64,000 nucleotides of DNA from Cirrosporium novae-zelandiae. Lineage: Eukaryota. The stretch is taken from contig JAPETS010000007.1 of NCBI GenBank assembly GCA_026023565.1, positions 744,001 to 808,000 of the forward strand, in the 5' to 3' direction. Position numbers and translations under genes: made by a program. This document shows, in pieces, positions 1 to 11,904 of this stretch. The notes beneath the pieces were generated by a model. That model saw nothing but the letters and a program-made list of their open reading frames with translations, was not told the origin of the DNA and did no database searches. Within the stretch, counting starts at the first letter, position 1, and each line of letters begins with the position of its first letter.

Positions 1-405
1 AAATGTTTTCTTTCTACCATACCATTCCATGGGATATCCCGCGAATAATGCCCCTACTACTTGCCCGATGGGGTTCCCCATACTCAATCCCGTCTGCCAT
101 GGAGCGCTAATGATATACTCGCCTTGATACTTATATCCAAAGTCCTTCTGGAACGCAGGCGTAGCGTAGAGATTGCCTAGCAGCTGGGGATCAAAGGCGC
201 ACATGATGACGCCAAGGGAGAAGAAAAGCGACCAACCAATGGCGGTGGGGTAGAGCCGACATGCTTGGGGGAAGGTGAGTGTTTTTTCCTGGACAGTTGC
301 TTGGAGGGCATCATTGCCAATTTCTTCCACGGCGCCGATTTTGAGATCTGCTTTGGGGGTTTCGACATCCCTGTCGGGAGCAGGGGAGGTTGTAGCTTCA
401 CCCAT
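1..405 (-). CDS. MFS sugar porter, alpha-glucoside/maltose permease-like; 5' part only, runs off the window edge
   Basis: Manual translation from ATG at 405, a frame absent from the ORF track: MGEATTSPAPDRDVE...FPQACRLYPTAIGWSLFFSLGVIMCAFDPQLLGNLYATPAFQKDFGY...ISAPWQTGLSMGNPIGQVVGALFAGYPMEWYGRKKTF. This is the typical MAL-permease N-terminus with the loop-2 GRK motif. Confidence 0.9.
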   Translation of the reverse strand, partial: MGEATTSPAPDRDVETPKADLKIGAVEEIGNDALQATVQEKTLTFPQACRLYPTAIGWSLFFSLGVIMCAFDPQLLGNLYATPAFQKDFGYKYQGEYIISAPWQTGLSMGNPIGQVVGALFAGYPMEWYGRKKTF

Positions 406-1221
406 GATGAAAGGAAAGATAATTTTCCTTCTCAATTGAACTGAGAGTGACGAGGGTTATGAAAAACCAACTATGAGGAATATGAAGGAAACAACATTGG
501 ATGGACGAGCGACAGCGGAGAGGTTAAAGCAGGATTTATCAATAGGAGGAAAACAGAAAGAGGATTAAGTAAGTATTAAATAAAATTATATGACTGGTAG
601 GCAAGGAAATGGCTGATAAGGATAGCGGATAATATACGATATGCGGGGGTAGACTAAGGTGGCTTAAGATCGGTGGTGTGCCAAGTTTGGAAGCGTCTCT
701 AGATGGGTTAAAGATAAGGAAATATTTAGGTAAAAGGTCATTGTTGAATACGACGTTGAAGAGATTTGAAAATATGACTTTGATATCGGAGAGGATATCC
801 AGATGAGATATATAGATACAGTAATAATGATGCTATTGGGCTGTTGGAAGCTTCAAGTTAAGCTTTTGCCCACAGTGATCTTGAAAACGCCTCAAGTCTA
901 TCCCCGCTGAAACCTCCAAGTCGACGATTGAGGTGTCACATGTATGTCATATCTCTCTAGAACATAACGCGTTCCTGGCACTTCGAGAATTCAATTCTCT
1001 AATAGATAGCTCAAAGGTCAGTTGGTTTGGTTATTGATTTATATTTGGCAATTAATAAATAATTCGACATCATCATAATATTGAGACTATATATATACAT
1101 ACACACATTTAACTCATGTTGCAGGTTCCCCCAAGTATATAAGTAGGTTATAAGCTATCCTTATTTATACCCCATCCTCAAAGAACCATCGCCCTATCTT
1201 TCCATCCTTTTTTGTCTTCTC

Positions 1222-3225
1222 TCAAACAACACTTCCCCCCGAATTATCCTGCCTAGGCTCAGCCGCAGCTTCAAAGATCCCACTCGCAAGTTTTCGGATA
1301 GCGAAAATATCACTCGATGCCTCCTCAACCCAGGTGATATTATGACCAAGAGCCGTCAAGTATGCGGCGGTCCCATTGTCGTATGCCCACTCTAGCTGCA
1401 TCCTGTTTGGAATGAGTTGGTCATGGAATCTTGGCTCTGCGAGCGCTTCGGCCGTAGTCATGTTTCTGTCAAGAACATTCCAAAGCGATTGGATTGTCGC
1501 TGTAATGATACGCGAGCCACCTGCACCAGCAGCAACGAAGTAGAAGTCTGAAGTGTTGAGGTGTTCGACGATGACTGGGGAAATGGAAGAGAGGGGGCGT
1601 TTGAAGGGGCGGATGTAGTTGATCTCAGTGGCAACATAACCATACGTGTTGGATTCGCCGGGAATGGAGAAATCGTTCATTTCGTTGTTCATAATGACGC
1701 CAGTTTCCGGGACCATAACGCGTGACCCAAAGAGAGTGTTTACGGTTGTGGTGAGACTGATTGAGAGGCCCGTAGAGTCTGTTGCAGAAATGCCTGATGT
1801 GCCATGGCTTTTGGAAATGTTAGCTTGGATTAGAAGGGGCATTGAAAGTGAAGCTTACGTTTGCGGTGTTATTAGGCCGTCTGGGTCATATGCAGACGTA
1901 TTTAATGTGTGATAATTGGATATCTTGGCCCTGGTAGCGGCAGCAGTCGTCTCGTTGATCATTTCGTGCTGATATACATCCATTCCTGACGCGAAGTATG
2001 GATCCCCGAGCATCATTCGCTAGATACGAGTTTAGTTCAATAGCTATAATTTTCTCTGATAGAGGAAAACATACCTGACCGTATCCAAACTTGGTTGCCT
2101 CATCCAATCTATGTGTACTTAGATTTAATGTGGCCGGTTCTCCGAATCCAGAATATCCTTCCACTGCTTTGAATACACTTAACACTACTGTGCCACTGGA
2201 AGGAGCGCTGGCTGCCGTGATTTTGTAACCTCGGTATTCAATCTGGAGAGGCTCCCTGATTGCGACTGTGTAATTAGCAAGGTCAGCCAAGACCATTGTA
2301 CCATTAGCTGCTTGTAATGCCGCAATTGTAGCATTCGCAATCCATCCAGAGTAGAAAGCATCGGCTCCATGTTGAGCAATCCTCTCTAATGTGTTGGCAT
2401 GTCGCTTTCTCGTGAGAGTATCACCCAAACCAAGCAATGTTCCATTGGGCGCAAAGTCAATTGCCCATGTAGGATCGTTAACTAGGAAATTGTCATCATC
2501 GGTAGCGGATGCCATATAGTGGACGGTATCCTCGGTGACTCTGAATCCATCGCGAGCTAAGTCGATGGCGGGTTGCACGACCTTTGACCACGGAAGAAGG
2601 CCATGTTTCTTATGGATGTGTTCCAATCCACGCAGTTCTCCAGGCACACCACTTTGAGTTTAAATAAGCATCTTGATCTCTAGTAGCATATTGTATTTCA
2701 TACCTAGCAAGACCTCCATAAAGAGAAAGATCGGTGTCATTGTTGTACATATCCTCGAAAGCAGCAGCTGGAGCCCGCTCCCGAAAATCGACGAATTCAT
2801 AAGAACCATTTGCGTCTCTTACAAGTCCGAAGCCACCTCCACCAATGCCGCTATGATATGATCCTAATCGCGCGACTTAGTTATCGTACATCAAGGTAGG
2901 ACGAATGGGGAAAATGCATACCGATCACGCCAACACAAAGAACTGTGCCAACCAACTATGCGACGAGACGTTAGTGATAAGAAATTAGGCAATGAATTGT
3001 CGTAATTAAACATACGGCATCTGCAGCACTTCCTCCTTCTTTTAGCAACGTTGTTCCAATCTGACTGCAAGTTTCACTTTCGCAAGAAACAGCCCCCAAA
3101 CTCTCAGTTCCATTGATAGCTCGGGAAGTGTGTCTTTGAGTTGACGGTAAAGGCGTAGGAATCCCGAAACTGAGGCGAATGACAGCAATTAAGCTGATGG
3201 CCCGAAGAATACTAGCGAAAGACAT
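1222..3225 (-). CDS. ggt: Gamma-glutamyltranspeptidase (T3 Ntn-hydrolase), secreted or membrane-anchored, multi-exon
   Basis: Hydrophobic N-terminus. Motifs GAVSCE...GGSAADA, SGIGGGGF, DFRERAP, GVPGELRG, HGTS...SLTTTVNTLFGS, NNEMNDFS, KRPLSSISP, GGSRI and PRFHDQL are spread over ORFs 2971-3225, 1886-2647 and 1222-1842, joined by GT-AG introns. Confidence 0.93.
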
Positions 3226-3254
3226 CTTGTTGGACCTGAAGCTGACGCTGGGAA

Positions 3255-3504
3255 CTTGAGCTTGAGCTTGAACTTGAGCTGGTGATTGAAATGGAGCAAT
3301 TGAGGCTCATGACGATCAGGTAACTAGGGGGTCCATGCTGGATTAAGTACCAAAGCACCTAAGCACCTAAGCACCTACGGTGAAAGCACTCAAACAGCTA
3401 AGCTTGGGCATGCAGATGGCAGGTACTGTTCTCTCAGGTTGAAGATCGATCTTGGTGTTCCTCCGGATCGGGGGAACTGTGGGAACTGTGGGAACTGTGG
3501 GAAC
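3255..3504. repeat. Short tandem repeats upstream of ggt: about 4x CTTGAG, 3x AAGCACCT, 3x GGGAACTGT
   Basis: Read directly at 3255-3280, 3353-3376 and 3472-3504. Confidence 0.85.
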
Positions 3505-5165
3505 AATGGAAAGGGTCAAAGTACGTCACTAGTTCAATTCCCACTCCCACCACTCCACGCAACTATTCGATGATACTCTGTACCTGCTTTTGCTTATCTT
3601 GCCCTTTGAGCTATTAGCTTCCTATTATGTTTAATATATTATATATTTTGTATGCAAATACCTCTACGTAAGTTCCTACTACTGGCTGAAATAAACCAGG
3701 GAGAGAATTGCGCCAATTGATAAAGCAATTTCGTGTTGTTTAGTTGGGTCGGATGCCCATTTCCACCCTTGACTGATTGTTACGACCACTTGATACTCAG
3801 TCCGACTCTTTGTCCAAAATGGGCAGCTGGTGGAGTAGTTGGAATAAACTTCTCTTATCACGACATGGGGTGCTTTTTCTGCAAGAAGAACATCACCTAG
3901 AAGGAAATGAAAAAAATATAATCCGTAAACTAATGCAACGTTTCAGAAAATACTTGACTCTGCTTATAGTTTATATGAATGTTGAGTGGAAGGAACAATG
4001 GTTTTATGACTTGCCACTTCGTCAAAGATTCTAACTCCCTTTTACGGTATCCGGATGGAGACATTGTCGGCAAGTCTTTCGTATTACTTTGAATATCCCG
4101 GATATCACCGAGATTCATACTCATTGATTTCTCTATTTACCTTCATCTGGCTAACAAGTCGAAATAGTTATCCTACCAAAATACGAAAACAAGATAGAGT
4201 TACCCTACCACACCTCCTTTTTAATCTCTACCGAGTAGTTTGACTATTATCTATTGATGGCTTAGATATCCAAGACTACCCAGATCCAAAATCATAGCTA
4301 GAAACTTGTACTCTGCCATTTCAGCCATTTCGATCTTACCGCAGTAATTTGCTGAAAACCTTTGTCTCCTTTCGATTGCTGGATACGTGAGGAAATGGGA
4401 AGGCCGGTTCCGGCATTGGATTTTCTGCCTATCCCAACTCTCAGTACTTTGCTACCTTTTAGATAAAGATGAATACTAATGAGTTTCCTTAGGAAAATGG
4501 CGTACACGAAGACGTGATATAAAAACATATTACCCATAGGAGTCCCTGTAGGCTTGTAAACCCAACCTACCAGAGAAAAACGTACCAGTGTCTTTGACCG
4601 ATAACCCATGATTGCAAGTGGAGGGAAGTGATATATGGCGAGGTAATATACGATAGAATTAAAAAAAAAAACACAAAAAAGAATACCGAGCTCGCATCTC
4701 ATTAGATCTGCGGTATCCGAAAACTCATCAGCCCACTACTTTTGCTACGAACTACTTGGTCCTTTATCCAAGGCATTCATGGGAGATTGGTTTTCACAGG
4801 TCAACTGGTCCACGGTTCAAGCCCGGGTTAAAGGTGCCACACAGATGCGATTTGTGTGGGGGTGGAAGATCTCTCGACCAACCCTCCTGTTCGGTTGAAA
4901 ATTACACAACTTAATGTAATATTTATAGGAAAGGTGGGAGGGAGGGTGGGGGTTCGAATCCTAGGTGGGCTAAGTGATTTTCACTTTTTTTTTGGATGTC
5001 TGGTTACCTGGTATGAACTGCCTGTAAAATCTGCTTATGAGACGTCTAGCGATGGGCAATCGATTGAATTTTGAACAGTGTCTAGATGTACTATGGAGAA
5101 ACAATCATTTCTAGCTACTGGCTTGGTTCTACATCTCTTTTAACCTTAGTGGATTGACTGGTCTG

Positions 5166-5801
5166 CTACCAGTCTTTTGAGCTGTATAGATAATCACTGC
5201 CTCGTAATTTCGACAAGTCCTTAAAGTCCTCTTCTCCGAGATCTTCACAGTTCGCAGCTCTCTTCAACAGATCCTTGCCTTGATCACCGAGTAGATCTGC
5301 TTCCCCTTCATCAACTTCTAATTCACCAATCAAAGCAGCCTGCTTATCGCAATATTTTGCCATGTGAACATCTTTTGGGGAAACACCAGGTGGTGAATGC
5401 GTTGTCCAGCGAATGAATACCTTGTTGCATGACTACAAAGTCAATAAAGTTTTCAAGAAATATATCGGAATTTCACATACGTTAGACCATTCTGGGTAGT
5501 GTTCTTGCTCAGTACACTCAGTAGCTATGTTATTCATGAATTTCTAGTCCTCTCGGTATCAGTAAGGATAACAGTATGTACTAGAAATTTATGACCAAAC
5601 CAGAGCTATTTCGAATGTCTTAAACTTGAATCCACGCTCTAGTGCAGCCCCGGTTTCGTCCATAAGCCAGCATCTCTTGCCATTTGCAAGTAATGGGGTG
5701 AGCCCTAGTTGCATTTCATCAACACTCTGACTCTCTTGAAAGGCTTGCGTGTTCTCATGTTTAGGAACGATGTTAATTCTATGGGGTCTCTGATCTGACA
5801 T
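5166..5801 (-). CDS. Pterin-4-alpha-carbinolamine dehydratase-like protein, 3 exons
   Basis: Spliced product ...WLMDETGAALERGFKFKTFEIAL|KFMNNIATECTEQEHYPEWSN|SCNKVFIRWTTHSPPGVSPKDVHMAKYCD... matches the PCD pattern (F.FK.F; HHPEW; WTTH...G.S.KD). First intron 5544-5600, second ends at 5480 on + coordinates. Confidence 0.85.
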
Positions 5802-6439
5802 ATAAGGCTATGAGCTCTAAGGACGTGCTATATTGTGCTGAATATAACAAGGTAGGATGCGTATCTCATAAGACCTTTGAGCAGTGGTTCAGGAAATTTA
5901 GTGAAAATCTGATGAATTAATCAACATACGAGTTAGGTTCACATGCGCCGCCTTGAAACACTCAAAGATGGAAAACGAATGGAAAACAATGTCAAGAAAA
6001 CTTCATGGTATCCTCAGGGTTAACTTTACACTATGGAAATTGCTTCATCTTGTCCTGATACCTAGGTCTTGATAGAGTCTCAATATTTATTCTACCTTTG
6101 CTATTTCATTTCAAGGTTATTGCCCCTACCTCAGATTTATCTCTTATCTCGGTATTGGTGTTAGGAATTAAATATATTTTTTTTATTGTCGGAGGGTATA
6201 GTGCCTTCACACCTTAAAGGACCATACTTTGATAAGGAGGTGCACAATCTCTCATAAGAGGGATATATATTATACTGCTTCAGTGATCAAAATAGCGCTT
6301 AGAGGGAATTTCAGGCCTACATGATATTCCAGCAATCACTTATTGAACCCCTTAGCGCTATCTTAGCAGTGCAGATAAACTTCTGAGTGTGTTGAGTTAC
6401 GCACTGCACCATGCTCAATATAACATGCAATACTAGGTT

Positions 6440-7740
6440 ACTCAATAACCCAGCCACCTTTTGATAACTCAACAGAGTGGACGTCATAGTTTACGACAAG
6501 ACATGTTATCCTCTCTCTCTTTGTTTGCCGACATTACTAATAATTATGATCGAGATATTGACTGGCTGGATGGAACTACCACACCGGCTTATCCATTTTT
6601 TGAGAAATATGAACGTATTCATAGGATCGTGCATAGCATAAAGGATGCCCTCTCTAGGAATATGCTTATGACATGCTACGAACTACTTTCGAGTACAGGT
6701 CATAGAGAAAAATATAATATTGCAATCCTCAGGAACGCTCTTGAAAAGCTGGGGTTGTGTATAGCCGTTATCTCTGGTTAGAAGTATGGAGTTATATACT
6801 AGCTCAGTCGTTCGAAAGTAGTTCGCGCTTGGCTATGGCGAAAAGAATCTGGTGGAGGCTAACCGAATCGATGCTTTTCTCTGCAAAGACAACGCTGCTA
6901 TAAAAAACATCAACTATGCCGTGTATAGTTTCGTTACAGAACCTGGTGGCTTAAAGGTCGATCATCCACCTAGTCTTATTTCACCAAATGCCAATCTAGC
7001 ATTGGAAAAATGCATGTTGTCGTATGTCAGATCAGATCGACCTCAATAAATCTGTCAATGACATTTTAATGATGCCTACTGTACTGTACGACCTACGTGA
7101 CTTTGCACATCTCAGCGCAGCAACATTATTGCCTAAGCGGCTTGGAAATGAATATTTTCCGAGTCTAGGTCCTCCCAGGCCCAGACTTGACAAAACTCAT
7201 CCATCCACTAGGAATGCATAGAGGCAGAGGTCCCAAGATTTCTGACGGTATCATGTCGGCGAGTTCTTAACTGGGCTTTTTACATCGGAGATGAATGAAA
7301 TCGAAAATGGAACTAAGATTCATACATTCACGTCGCTTACAAATACATTAGCGAAAGCCTTAGCGGAATGTCTCCTTGGACGACTGCCCTTCATCCTTCC
7401 ACTGGGAAGATGATGCATGTCGATCAGCTCATTAATCCCACTCAACTCGCAACTCTAGTCCAGAACGAAGCCTATGGGCTCCCGGCAGCAGAGCTTGAAC
7501 AATGTATCTTTACACGTGGGGGCAAGGTGGGTGATAAACGAGACGTACTAGACAAAATGACATCAATCTAGTGAATAGAATTCTTGGCTCCTAGCAAAAG
7601 CTGACTATACTTTGCAGTCGATAATACAATCAAACATCGGGCCCACAAGGGAGCGTATCGCTTGGTACTCCTGGAGTATCTTTCAGAGGGTAGGGAGGTG
7701 AACTTCTGTCAGGCTATCCTGGAGAATTTAACCTAGGAAG
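6440..7740 (+). pseudogene. Probable decayed protein-coding gene of unknown family
   Basis: Four consecutive same-strand protein-like ORF fragments (6461-6781, 6852-7049, 7024-7221, 7368-7571) are separated by stops or frameshifts and followed by an intron-like GTGAAT...GCTGAC...CAG. Confidence 0.4.
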
Positions 7741-8074
7741 ACTGAAAAAAAGGTGCTTGAATAAATATTTGAGCGTTTATGCACTACGCTAGCATGCAAC
7801 TGCAATGATATAACTGAAGCTGGATAACAATATGTTTTTCACACTTTTGAGAAGCGATACTAGAAAGTGTATCCATGAAGTCTAGTGAACAAAATAATAT
7901 TTCACGAGAATTTGACATATCTGGGCAACTGACTCGCACAGCAGTCTCCCTTATAGGCGAAATATCATCTAACGCTGCATATCAGCGTAGATGTATGTGT
8001 TTGTATGAATGAACAATCCCAAAAGCAATTTTAGTCTTCAGGCCGGCTTACCATTCATTGATTCTAGAACTTAC

Positions 8075-9970
8075 CTATGTTTCAAGTGAAAACCCGGTAG
8101 CGTCAGCAACTTCTAGTACAGGCTCACTTTCATCCCTTGGATCAGTCCAACCCTCCCTCTCATCCTTTGCCATTCTCACAAACCAGAGATCAACGATCAA
8201 GGCAACCACCCCTATTACAATCCCAAAATAAAGGGCAGCTCTATACCCTACAACTAGACTCGGTTTTCCTTTGTTGACATACTCTTCTACCGTTCCTGCA
8301 AAGCCGACGCCTAAACTGTTGCCGTATAAATTGAGAATGCCAATGAGAGAGCCAGCAATCCCTTGTTCCTCGCGCCGCACACTATTGCTAGCAATAATTT
8401 GAGCGGCAGTGAATACGAGGTCGGGACAAAACGAATTCAGAATGGTTGCGGGGAAGTACTGGGCCCAGTAAGACTGCTGTTCAGGCATCGTGACTATGAT
8501 AATAGACGATACGAGAAGAGTCAAGACTCCAATGGCCATAATATATTGAGCAGCAAGTCGTGGGATCAACCATGCAGAAAAACAAGCTGCGATGGTGGCG
8601 AAAATGCCGAAGGGAGTCCATCCTATTGCAAATTCTAGAACATCCCAGTGGCGAATGTTTTGCTCCCATGCTGTCGAGTACCACAACGTGGTACCAAAAG
8701 ACATGAAACTTAGAAGAGTGACAAAAACTAGAGGTAGGAAGGAGGGGGCTTTCCAGATATCCAGAGGCATGATTGGTGCACTAGCCCATTTTTGTTCCCA
8801 GAGAGCGAATACGGCCAGAAGTACTATGGATAAAACAAGCAAGGCAATTTCGTAAGGGGTATTCCATCCCACAGCGGGCGCTTGACTGGTTCATAAACTA
8901 AATATTTATGATATGTCAGGATATGGTTTGGGGGGACTTACTTCCAGACAAAGTTGAATACGATGAGCCCACTACAGCCTAAGGTGGCTCCAACCCAGTC
9001 AACTTTGCCATTCTTGTCGACTGGTATTTCTGGAGGGAGGAGAAATGCTAGTGTTCCAAACACACAACCGCCCATAATTGCCCTGGATGGTTTTCGTGAG
9101 TAACTCGGTACATCTTCACTACTATATGGGAGGGCTTACATTGTGTAGAAGAACCAGTGCCAGGATGCGTACTGGATGAAAAGCCCACAGAGGATGCTAC
9201 CAAACCATCCCCCTATGGGGGCTGAAGCTCCAAAGAATCCCAAACTAAGGTTCCGAGTTTTCCCAGGTGGATTCGTGATGCCTATCATCGCTACCGCGTT
9301 GGGCAAAATCAACGCACCTCCAATCCCAGTCAAAGCACGAACGATATTGAAGGAGATGAAGTCATCGCAGAAAGCGTTGATTAATGACCAAAATACAAAC
9401 CAAGCACCACCGCCAAGTAGCATATTCTTATGGCCAAATACGGCCCCGAGACGACCGCTGATCAGAACAAAGGTACCCTGTGTGAGTCTGAAGGGGAAAA
9501 TTAAGATTAGTCTCTGATTCGCCCTGACATCTATCTATCTATTCATCCAGTGCAGTGCAGACTAACCCATAGGAAGCGAAGAGCCAATTCGCCTGGGCAG
9601 CATTTGTAACGCCCAGCAACTCACTCACACGGAGACCTGCAGCAATACCGACAATATTGGATATCATCTTAGGGGGAGCCCCTTATCATCAGTACCCTGG
9701 AATCATGTTTTCTTCAAAAAAAAAAGAGTCAAAGCCAACCTGTACCAAATTACTAGTAATTATAAGAACCGTCACTATTAACTTGCGATACCTTCCCATG
9801 ACATTTGAAGGAGCTACATGAAAAATTCGCCGTCGAAGGGATGGAATCGGAACTCCATTTTCTATGCCAACTTCTGTTCGTGAAGCTGCTTGGGGAGTAG
9901 TAACAGAGGCCATGGTGCCAACTTCTGGCAATTCATATTGAACCGTCGTTTGTGTTTGCGTGAGAGACAT
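8075..9970 (-). CDS. MFS drug:H+ antiporter (DHA2/ATR1-like, 14-TM type), multi-exon
   Basis: Exons encode GTFVLISGRLGAVFGHK, RALTGIGGALILPNA, FGASAPIGG, DWVGATLG, GWNTPY, PIMPLDIWK and GYRAALYFG, with many hydrophobic helices and canonical introns. Confidence 0.92.
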
Positions 9971-11904
9971 AACGGGCTAACTTGTACAATTTAAAAAATT
10001 TCGAGCTGGAGGAAATTCTTCAGATGAATGGATGGATGTATGAGATCCCTAGGAGGAGGAATATATAAGGGCTAGCTGAGAAGCTCGGGTGGGAAGTATA
10101 GCGGTGGGAGAGAGCAGAGAGCAAGAGTGGTAAGGAGCATGCATAGCGTGGGTGGTGGGGCCATGATTTGAAAGCAGCATGCAGCAAGATGTGGGGTAAT
10201 GGGGTTATATTCGGTCGAGGTATATATAACCATCACCCACTAGCATTGCAGAGCTCTCCCGTCGCCATTACTGTCCGTAAAACGTTTTAAGGAATATTTC
10301 CACGGGCACGCACCAGACCGACTTCTTCACGAATGACAACTTGCCCCACAGGTTTAGAAGAAGCCGAACCTCCGACCCCCCATCAAAATATGGAGAGTTT
10401 TGGCTAGCTACTGCTGAGTTTTAGGTGGTTGGTTTAGTCGCTCCCAATAGATATAGCTTGACGTTGGTGGTTTACTGGTTACATTGGATAATTGCTACCT
10501 AAAATTTTGGTAGGAAGGGGGCTTAATTTTGGTGGTTATGATTGATTATCTGGGGGGAGGGGAGGGCTGCTCTGGTTGAATGTATCTATCCAGGTACTGT
10601 ATGTAGGTGTCAGAACTCCGGTGGGCTTGCTTGCTGCCAAGCCATGCAAATTGTGCAAACATTGTAACTTTCTTACGCGCGCTGTCTTCGGTTTCAAGAC
10701 AATAACAGCCAGTTTTCGGTAGCGGTGAACAAGCTACTCGTTAGTCAGCAACTTGCCTTTCAGCTTATTGAGCCACGTGTGAAGTAGGCTGCGTGCTCCA
10801 AGATATATCTGTCCGTAAGGTATAACTCGTAAATGAAGTGCGAAAACCGCAGGTTCTATTTCAATACTGATAGAAAAAGAATCGGTTTCCTGGACGAAGA
10901 ATCTGCAGTTTCTCCTCATGTAGGTGGGTGTGCTATAAAGCCTGGGATAGGCAGCGTGGTAGGATTATTATATAAATAATGACGACGGGCGTAATTGCCC
11001 CGAGATATCTTGATGTTATTATTCATGATAAGGGAACATCAACCTTAACTTTATCTCCATGCAACAACCCGTTTCTTAACCTGCGCTAGCTCAGGGGAAC
11101 CCGGCGCCTTGCTTGATATTGCACACCCACATGATATTTAGTCTGCAGTCACACCCACTAGCATGCAATACCTCGAAGTCAGTTTTGACATTGGCTGATA
11201 GGGAAGTAGGTTGCTCTTATATATTGTTTGATGGTCGCACGACGGATGGTAAGCAATATATCCAGTCGTCGTTGACATCAGCCACAGAGGAACTTTTGCA
11301 AGCCGACTGCCTTCGGATGACGATGCCGGAGTATCTTCCAATCCACCAGCGTTTGGTGACATCGGCAGCGATCAGACAAAGGTCTAAATTGTTCTCAGTG
11401 GAGGAGTTTTGCTTCATGCCCGATTCAAGTGTTAAATCGAGTTGTTTTATTGTTCATATTCTGCATGGTTCAATTAATATTGCTTTATAGCCTCATCTGG
11501 GAGCTTAAAACTCCGGAGCGTTCATGTCGCAAAATGGCAAGGCTCCAATCACGAAATCGGATTCATGATTTGCGTATCCTTGCGTGCACGCTTACGTATA
11601 TTGATTTCTCACGCTAGTTCCGTTTAAGGTCCTAGTCAGACTAATAAAAGGAAATGATTTGGGGATTGTGATATTAAACTAGGTTGAAAATTTGCAAACA
11701 CCATCTTCGTTGTTGATGGAATCTTCTCATCTAGTATGCTCCGTGGGAAAGGCGGGAGTGAGGTTCCATTGATTGTTTTCCCGTTAATTCCACTGCAAAT
11801 GCTCCCCGTATCTCATCTTTCTAGTGTTTTTGTGTGACTATATATAAAGCATGGACCAACCCATGAGCAGGGAACTGTTTCTGTAGAACCACAAGGTTAA
11901 AAAT

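Noticed and set aside
177..401. 74-aa ORF in the track
   Set aside because: Wrong frame; the real permease frame starts at 405 and runs off the window.
7966..7993. Hairpin CATCT-A-ACGCTG...CAGCGT-AGATG downstream of the MFS gene
   Set aside because: A single short bulged stem, expected by chance; intrinsic terminators do not apply to Pol II genes.
11500..11610. Possible decayed Zn2Cys6 regulator next to the MFS pump (RKRARK...IR..D.ALP.C on the minus strand)
   Set aside because: The cysteines cannot be recovered in any consistent frame, so the resemblance is too weak to call.
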